A stretch of 64,000 bases of DNA, from positions 10,471 to 74,470 of the IMG/VR virus record IMGVR_UViG_3300021561_000002; one strand, 5' to 3'. The translations under genes and the position numbers were made by a program. Position 1 is the first letter of the stretch; each line of letters begins with the position of its first letter. Origin of the DNA: a virus. Lineage: Duplodnaviria; Caudoviricetes. Below the pieces are notes generated by a model. The model did no database searches, was not told where the DNA came from, and was given only the letters and a program-made list of their open reading frames with translations. Positions 58,537-64,000 of the stretch are shown here, piece by piece.

Positions 58537-58856
58537 TGGACACGTCACGCATGATGAAAGTAGTGATGAGCTACTTCGATGCCACCAACGCCGAGGTTGC
58601 GGAGGTCCTCGGCGTCACGGAGAGTTACATCACGCACATCGTCAATGACAAGCGAGAGCCATCCCTGAAGTTGTTGGAGGTCATCTCTCGGAAGATGAAC
58701 GTGCCCATGTGGCTTCTCATCATGGCCGGGGAGCCAAGGGAAATGGAGCGGTTCCTCGGGGACGGCCGTGACCCGTACAAGGAGGCCGAGATGCCGAAAG
58801 AGGTCGCCCGCTTCGTGGTTTCCATGCGGGCTTCACTTATGAGAAAAAGACCTTGA
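58536..58856 (+). CDS. XRE/Cro-like HTH transcriptional regulator
   Basis: TNAEVAEVLGVTESYITHIVNDKREPSLKLLEVI. Confidence 0.85.
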   Translation: MDTSRMMKVVMSYFDATNAEVAEVLGVTESYITHIVNDKREPSLKLLEVISRKMNVPMWLLIMAGEPREMERFLGDGRDPYKEAEMPKEVARFVVSMRASLMRKRP

Positions 58857-58889
58857 CTGATTCTCTAATCGTATGATATAGGTATATCA
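58853..58889 (+). promoter_or_regulatory. early promoter with perfect palindromic operator
   Basis: TTGACT-N18-TATAGG; TGATATA-GG-TATATCA at 58874-58889. Confidence 0.75.
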
Positions 58890-58916
58890 GTCGTTATCAA
58901 AAACAGGAGGCCGTGT

Positions 58917-59939
58917 ATGTCAGCGAACGTGACGGTGCGTGAGGACGGGAAGGCCGAAATGATGTTTGTCGGGAAAACGCCCTGGCATGGGTTGGGCACC
59001 TATGTCGGCGACAAAGAGGTCACGTCGAAGGAAGCCATCGTGGCGGCGGGCATGGACTTCGAGGCGGTCAAGAAGCCCTTGACCTACCTCTTCAACGGCG
59101 AGAAGAAGGCCACCGATTCCTACGCCGTCGTCCGCAACGACAACGGGCGGCACCTGGGTACGGTGGGCTCGAAGTACGTGCCCTTCCAGTACAGCGAGGC
59201 TTTCGACTTCTTCGACAGCGTTGTCGGCGGCAAGCACGCCATCTACCACACGGCGGGCACCTTGTCCGGCGGTCGAATTGGGTGGATTCTCGCCAAGATG
59301 AATGGTCTGCTTCGCATCAAGGGCGACGACGTGGTGGAGAAGTTCCTGCTCCTGAAGACGGGCCACGACGGCAACAGCGCCGTCGAAATCCTCTTCACCC
59401 CCATCCGTGTCGTCTGCGCCAACACGCTCTCCGCCGCTTTCGACAACGTGGCGAAGGGCGACGTGTTCCGCATGAAGCACACCCGGAACATCGGACAGAA
59501 GGTGTTCGATGTGCAGAACCATCTCGCCTCCGTGGACGCCTACTTCAAGAAGTTCAACGAGGCCGCTCAGTTCCTCGCCGGGGAGCAGGCGACCAAGAGC
59601 GACGTGGAGAACTTCCTTATCCAGTTGGAGTTGGCCCGTGCCAACCAGCGGGAGGGCATGAACCCGAAGCGGTTGGTCTATGAGTCGGCTGACTGCCAGA
59701 AGGTCATCTCGCTCTTCGAGCGGGGCCGTGGGAACGACATGAACGGCATCAAGGGCTCGTTCTGGTCGCTCTACAACTCCGTGACCGAGTTCGTGGACCA
59801 CGAGCGCAAGACTCGGTGCGCCTCGAAGTCCGGCGACTCGTCCAACGCCTGCCGCCTGAAGAGCGCCTGGTTCGGGTCCGGTGCGGACCTCAAGCAGGAA
59901 GCATTCGCCCTCGCCCTCGACATGGCGGGGAAGAAGTAA
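58917..59939 (+). CDS. DUF932 (TIGR03299-like) protein
   Basis: PWHGLG, YHTAGTLSGG, TPIRVVCANTL, HTRN, WSLYNSVTEFVDH. Confidence 0.88.
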   Translation: MSANVTVREDGKAEMMFVGKTPWHGLGTYVGDKEVTSKEAIVAAGMDFEAVKKPLTYLFNGEKKATDSYAVVRNDNGRHLGTVGSKYVPFQYSEAFDFFDSVVGGKHAIYHTAGTLSGGRIGWILAKMNGLLRIKGDDVVEKFLLLKTGHDGNSAVEILFTPIRVVCANTLSAAFDNVAKGDVFRMKHTRNIGQKVFDVQNHLASVDAYFKKFNEAAQFLAGEQATKSDVENFLIQLELARANQREGMNPKRLVYESADCQKVISLFERGRGNDMNGIKGSFWSLYNSVTEFVDHERKTRCASKSGDSSNACRLKSAWFGSGADLKQEAFALALDMAGKK

Positions 59940-59951
59940 GAGACCGATACC

Positions 59952-59975
59952 CCCCGGCGGGGAGACCCGCCGGGG
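59952..59975 (+). terminator. 10-bp stem with GAGA tetraloop
   Basis: CCCCGGCGGG-GAGA-CCCGCCGGGG followed by AGTGTCTTT. Confidence 0.6.
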
Positions 59976-59996
59976 AGTGTCTTTGAGGAGGGAACC

Positions 59997-60629
59997 GTGG
60001 GACTGTTCGGGGACAAGCGCAAAAAGTTCGTACTGGATACGTCCATCCTCGTCGATGGGCGATTGATGATTATGTACCGGAACGACCTCCTCGACGGGCG
60101 CATCATCACCCCGGCCTTCGTCCTCGACGAGCTTCAAGGTCTTGCGGACTCCTCGAACTACGTCAGCGAGAAGAAGGGGAAGAAGGGTTTCGCATCCCTG
60201 AACAAGCTGAAGGAGGCCATCGCCAAGGCCAACGGAAAACTCGAAGTCCCTCTGTGCAAGGAGGTAACGTCTCCGGCCGTGGACGACAAGCTCATCGAAC
60301 TGTGCGGGTCGATGAAGGCGGTCCTCGTGACCGTGGATGGAAACCTGACGCACAAGGCAGGGCTCCTCGGCGTGAAGGTCCTCAACCCGAACGTCCTCGT
60401 GGGGCAGTTGCGCCGGTCGGTGTCGGTCGGCGACAAGTACGTCTTGAGGCTGTCAGAGGCCGGGAAGCAGGCAGGACAGGCCATCGGCTACCTGCCGGAT
60501 AGCACGCTGGTCGTCGTGGACAACGGCGACCGATACATCGGCAAGGCGGTGTCGGTTGTGGTGCGGAATGTCATCGTGACCGATACGGGCATCATCGTGT
60601 TCGCCGACATCACGTGGGAGAGACGATGA
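59997..60629 (+). CDS. PIN-TRAM domain protein (YacL-like, lacking TM region)
   Basis: VLDTSILVDGR, VLDELQ, VDDKL, TVDGNL, then TRAM GQAIGYLPDSTLVVVD. Confidence 0.88.
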   Translation: MGLFGDKRKKFVLDTSILVDGRLMIMYRNDLLDGRIITPAFVLDELQGLADSSNYVSEKKGKKGFASLNKLKEAIAKANGKLEVPLCKEVTSPAVDDKLIELCGSMKAVLVTVDGNLTHKAGLLGVKVLNPNVLVGQLRRSVSVGDKYVLRLSEAGKQAGQAIGYLPDSTLVVVDNGDRYIGKAVSVVVRNVIVTDTGIIVFADITWERR

Positions 60630-60704
60630 ATCATCTATCACTTGAACAAGGAGAAGTGTCATGACGCAATCCGGGCTTTGGCAAAAGCGAAACCGAGGTG
60701 AGTT

Positions 60705-60887
60705 ATGAAGGACATCTTCTGCCCTACGTGCGGGGGTCCGGCCATCGACGAGCAACACGATGAAGTCGATGTCGGTGTGGGCGTCTTGAGTGGACCTTCG
60801 TCCTATCTCTGCGCCAAGGGGCACGTGTGGTCTCCCGGATTGGATGCGAAGGAAGAAGCGGACAAACTGTTCAAGGAGCCGTTATGA
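60705..60887 (+). CDS. small Zn-ribbon protein
   Basis: CPTC...CAKGH. Confidence 0.55.
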   Translation: MKDIFCPTCGGPAIDEQHDEVDVGVGVLSGPSSYLCAKGHVWSPGLDAKEEADKLFKEPL

Positions 60888-61144
60888 AACCGAAGGGTTG
60901 GGAAGAGTCACGTATCAAAGGGATGTACACCAGGGACCTCGATGAGTTCTACAAGCTCGTGGTCGAGGACCGGGGAGCGGATAGAGCCCCGTACTGGAAG
61001 AAGAACGACGAGCGGGTACGGGTGTACGCATTGAAGTTCTGCGGTTCCGTTTACCCCATCAAGTGTTTCCCGAGGCTGAAGGGAGCCCTGGCGTTCTGCA
61101 AGGGCATCGACGCCGAAAACTGGCGCACGGCGAGGTACTCATGA
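60884..61144 (+). CDS. hypothetical protein
   Basis: 86 aa from ATG overlapping upstream stop. Confidence 0.55.
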   Translation: MKPKGWEESRIKGMYTRDLDEFYKLVVEDRGADRAPYWKKNDERVRVYALKFCGSVYPIKCFPRLKGALAFCKGIDAENWRTARYS

Positions 61145-61695
61145 AAAGGAACCGTGTCTGCATCTTCATCGACGGAAGTAACTTCTACCATCTGACCAAG
61201 ATGAACGACCTGCCGACCAACATCGACTATAACGAACTGTCGAAGGCGTTGGCTGGCGACCGTACCCTGGTCCGCACGTACTACTACAACTCGTTCTACG
61301 ACGCCGATATGTACCCGGACCGAGCGAAGGCCCAAACGCCGTTCTACGAAGCGTTGGGTCGTGTCCCGTACCTGGAAGTCCGGCTGTCTCGGCTGATGCC
61401 GAAACAGGACGGCGGATTCCACGAGAAGGGCGTGGACGTGAAGGCTTCGGTGGACATGGTGTACTACGCCGCCTTGGACTTCTACGACACGGCCATCTTG
61501 GTCAGCGGCGACCAGGACTTCGCTCCGGCCCTCCTGGCAGTCAAGGAGATGGGGAAGCACGTCGAGGTCGCCGCTTTTGCGAACAACCTCCCGAGGGAAC
61601 TCCACAAGAGCGCCGACCGCATTATCCTCCTCAACGAGGTCATGCGGCCGGACTCGTTGACGTTCCTCAAAAACGGGGGTGCCCGTAAGTCGTAG
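61141..61695 (+). CDS. NYN domain (LabA/DUF88) PIN-fold nuclease
   Basis: IFIDGSNFY, EKGVDV, ILVSGDQDFAPAL, GKHVEV. Confidence 0.9.
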   Translation: MKRNRVCIFIDGSNFYHLTKMNDLPTNIDYNELSKALAGDRTLVRTYYYNSFYDADMYPDRAKAQTPFYEALGRVPYLEVRLSRLMPKQDGGFHEKGVDVKASVDMVYYAALDFYDTAILVSGDQDFAPALLAVKEMGKHVEVAAFANNLPRELHKSADRIILLNEVMRPDSLTFLKNGGARKS

Positions 61696-61716
61696 AGAGC
61701 CCGAATAACGAAGGCT

Positions 61717-61759
61717 AAGGGGTCGGAAAGTAGCTATCGGCTACTCTCCGGCCCCTTTT
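61717..61759 (+). terminator. intrinsic terminator
   Basis: AGGGGTCGGA-A-AGTAGC-TATCG-GCTACT-C-TCCGGCCCCT followed by TTT. Confidence 0.7.
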
Positions 61760-61860
61760 ACGTTTATAGGGGCATCGTTAAAAAGAAGGGCCTTTACGTG
61801 CAAAATCGGAGGGGGTATGAAAAGGCCATAAATCCCAAATAATATGGGGCTTCAACACTA

Positions 61861-61897
61861 TTGACAGATTCCTAGAACGTATGATATACCTATATCA
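61861..61897 (+). promoter_or_regulatory. early promoter with perfect palindromic operator (inverted orientation)
   Basis: TTGACA-N18-TATACC; TGATATA-CC-TATATCA at 61882-61897. Confidence 0.75.
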
Positions 61898-61915
61898 TCA
61901 AGTCAGGAGGCGGGT

Positions 61916-62485
61916 ATGAAGGTCAAGGTCCTGAAGCGGGGCGGGGTCGATAACCGGCAAGAGGTCGAGAGGATAGTCCGGTTCATGGCCAGCAAGTTGA
62001 TGTCCACCCGGATGGCCAACACCCTGAGCATCAGGGTGGAGATGCGGGCGTCGAAGTTGAAGGGCACGATGCTTGGGTGTGTCGTTCACAATGCCAGCGG
62101 GGATTACTCCTGGAAGAACCGGAAGGACTACCGCATCGTCGTCCGCCGGGACCTCGACACCCCTAAGCTTGCCGAGGTCATCGCTCACGAAATGGTTCAC
62201 GTGAAGCAGTACGCCCAAAGGGAGCTTCGCAAGCGGTATCACTCCACGGAGAAGGCGTGGCGCCAGTTCTGGATGGGGCAGGAGGTTCCCCGCTCGACTC
62301 CTTACCTCGACCTGCCCTGGGAGATTGAGGCTCGAAAGATGGAGTCAGCCCTGAAGTACAAGTACCTCATCGAGGTCCAGTCCAAGGTCATGAAGCACAT
62401 CGCCAATATCGACGAGTGTGTGACCGTCTGGAAGGAACACCTGAATGCCGAACTTGCGAAGAGCGCCCCTGTCGCCTCTGTTTGA
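61916..62485 (+). CDS. zincin-like metallopeptidase
   Basis: IAHEMVHVKQY plus PWEIEA. Confidence 0.75.
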   Translation: MKVKVLKRGGVDNRQEVERIVRFMASKLMSTRMANTLSIRVEMRASKLKGTMLGCVVHNASGDYSWKNRKDYRIVVRRDLDTPKLAEVIAHEMVHVKQYAQRELRKRYHSTEKAWRQFWMGQEVPRSTPYLDLPWEIEARKMESALKYKYLIEVQSKVMKHIANIDECVTVWKEHLNAELAKSAPVASV

Positions 62486-62491
62486 TGGAGC

Positions 62492-62527
62492 TTGACAGGC
62501 TCCTAATGTTCTGATATACCTATACCA
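62492..62527 (+). promoter_or_regulatory. early promoter with operator
   Basis: TTGACA-N17-TATACC; TGATATA-CC-TATACCA at 62512-62527; shares ATCAAGTCAGG leader with 61897 site. Confidence 0.75.
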
Positions 62528-62546
62528 TCAAGTCAGGGAGGAAGAG

Positions 62547-63044
62547 ATGGCCGAGACCAAGAAGGGGTACATCATCAAGGGACTCCGCAAGGGCGCGGTG
62601 GCTTACTTCGAGGGCAACGAGCGGCGGGTAGGGATTTCGTCCTTCAGCAATGTGCAGACCGTAACGCTGACGGACAGCATTTACCGCGCCGAAGTGTTCG
62701 AGACACGGGCCAAGGCCACGGCCAAGATGAAGAACAATTCGGTGTATTACAAGTTCGACCAAGGCGAGAAGTTGTCGGACCCGCATCGGGTCGAGGTCGT
62801 CGAGGTCGAGTTGTACCCCTCCATCTCTTGCTCGTTCGACGAGATTGGGTCGGCGGTCAAGGTCTCGTACCGCACGTACTACGTGATGAGCGAAGCGTCG
62901 GTCGTCTCGAAGGAAGACGCCTTCGAGAAGGCCAAGGAGAACGAGATGGAGTCCGCCGAGAAGCATGTGGCGAACCTGAAGGCGCAGTTGGCCGAAGCGG
63001 AGCGGTATGTCTCGCTGGTCCGTGGCGTTCAGTTCAAGGGCTGA
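62547..63044 (+). CDS. hypothetical protein
   Basis: 165 aa, GGGAGG RBS. Confidence 0.65.
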   Translation: MAETKKGYIIKGLRKGAVAYFEGNERRVGISSFSNVQTVTLTDSIYRAEVFETRAKATAKMKNNSVYYKFDQGEKLSDPHRVEVVEVELYPSISCSFDEIGSAVKVSYRTYYVMSEASVVSKEDAFEKAKENEMESAEKHVANLKAQLAEAERYVSLVRGVQFKG

Positions 63045-63064
63045 AATCTCCCAAGGAGGCCGTT

Positions 63065-63487
63065 ATGTCGAAGACCAAAGTGGGCACCCTGAAACTGGAC
63101 AAGGAAGAGGTCGCTGTCATGGTGAGCTTGCCGGATGGGCCGGAGCCGACCGAGATGACCAAAGACGACGTGTGGGGGAAGCTAGTGGTCGATGGCGTCG
63201 AGGAGCACGTTGGGGCATCTGGCAAGTATGCGTCCTCAGTCAAGGGCCACTTCGAGGGCGGCTACATCGTCGCCCGTGGTCACGGCCACGACGACGCTCC
63301 TCCCGTGAAGTGCCCGGTGTTCGGCGACGAAGTGCCGTACAAGTCGGTGACGGCGGTGTTCCCTGCCGCCATCGAGAGCGATGTGACGTACTGGCTCGGG
63401 TACGTCCAGGGCGGCGATTGCGTGTCGAAGCGGAAGGTCCTTCCCGATGGCAGGGTCGCTGTCCGTGCCGACTATATGTGCTGGTGA
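63065..63487 (+). CDS. hypothetical protein
   Basis: 140 aa from ATG 63065, AAGGAGG RBS. Confidence 0.65.
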   Translation: MSKTKVGTLKLDKEEVAVMVSLPDGPEPTEMTKDDVWGKLVVDGVEEHVGASGKYASSVKGHFEGGYIVARGHGHDDAPPVKCPVFGDEVPYKSVTAVFPAAIESDVTYWLGYVQGGDCVSKRKVLPDGRVAVRADYMCW

Positions 63488-63491
63488 GAAC

Positions 63492-63746
63492 ATGAAAAGC
63501 AACAAAGCCAAACCCTGCTACGGAGGCAAGCCGAACGGCTGGCAAGAGTGTACGACCTGCGGTGGGCGCATCCACGACAATACGTGCACGTCGAAGATGC
63601 GTCCCCGGTGGGACTGTTGCAAGAGGCGGCACGAGATTCTTGGGAACCCTCCCACGGATTTTGTGGCTTCGCTGGACTCTCCGATACCCCTCCGTCCAGG
63701 GTTGCCGATTCGTAAAGTGTGGCCTGTTCAAGCCGTCAACGTTTAA
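63492..63746 (+). CDS. Cys-rich small protein
   Basis: CxxC and further Cys/His; weak RBS. Confidence 0.4.
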   Translation: MKSNKAKPCYGGKPNGWQECTTCGGRIHDNTCTSKMRPRWDCCKRRHEILGNPPTDFVASLDSPIPLRPGLPIRKVWPVQAVNV

Positions 63747-63757
63747 GGAGTCCGAGC

Positions 63758-63964
63758 ATGGCTCGCTGGTACAACAAACCCAAGAGGAACAGAGTGGTCT
63801 CCAAGCTGGGGAGGAGGCGCTTCCGTTCTCTCGTGGCCCATGTGGCTCGCTCGCTTGCGTCTCCCGTGAGAGTTGAGATTGTGTTCACGGGAGAGTTCAG
63901 AGGATTCAAATCCGTGAGCAGGATTGAAAATCAAGGAAGGAGGGACCATCCAAAGACCTGTTGA
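63758..63964 (+). CDS. small basic hypothetical protein
   Basis: 68 aa, AAGGAG RBS. Confidence 0.45.
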   Translation: MARWYNKPKRNRVVSKLGRRRFRSLVAHVARSLASPVRVEIVFTGEFRGFKSVSRIENQGRRDHPKTC

Positions 63965-64000
63965 AGAAGTAGGAGATGAAGCAGTTCAAAAAAAAAAAAA

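Noticed and set aside
60626-60708. Micro-ORFs of 12 and 15 aa
   Set aside because: Too short to support, although the 60661 ATG has an AAGGAG upstream
1-64000. Stop-codon reassignment
   Set aside because: The standard code gives dense coding, and TAG, TGA and TAA all end genes followed by RBS and new starts
63988-64000. 13-nt poly(A) at window end
   Set aside because: Probably an assembly or padding artefact; cannot be assessed at the edge
1-64000. tRNA/rRNA, integrase, terminase, DNA polymerase
   Set aside because: No cloverleaf-like gaps or diagnostic motifs seen; these genes may lie outside the window

Overview
One contiguous, almost entirely plus-strand, GC-rich segment of a large contractile-tailed (myovirus-type) bacteriophage. 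0.4-14.5 kb: four very large mosaic ORFs (about 535-1217 aa) built from many 50-110 aa modules (SH3/KOW-like barrels, Zn ribbons, a DUF5661-like domain, a wHTH-like domain) joined by a recurring basic linker, roughly S-[KR]-[KR]-[TVI]-A. 14.5-24.1 kb: head module (intein-containing portal, MuF-type protein, prohead protease/scaffold, decoration protein, major capsid). 24-52 kb: neck, fibres, sheath, tube, frameshifted chaperone, tape measure, baseplate. 51.9-54.3 kb: lysis cassette (GH73 endolysin, membrane proteins). 54.3-64 kb: early/accessory region (SNF2 helicase, XRE HTH, DUF932, PIN-TRAM, NYN, two zincins) split into cassettes by sigma70-like promoters overlapping a 16-bp palindrome TGATATA-SS-TATATCA found in both orientations. 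The most interesting candidate system is a set of protease-processed head-cargo polyproteins whose modules are still being duplicated at the linkers. No terminase, tRNA, CRISPR array, integrase or reverse transcriptase was seen. All functional calls come from motif recognition by eye; no database searches were run.
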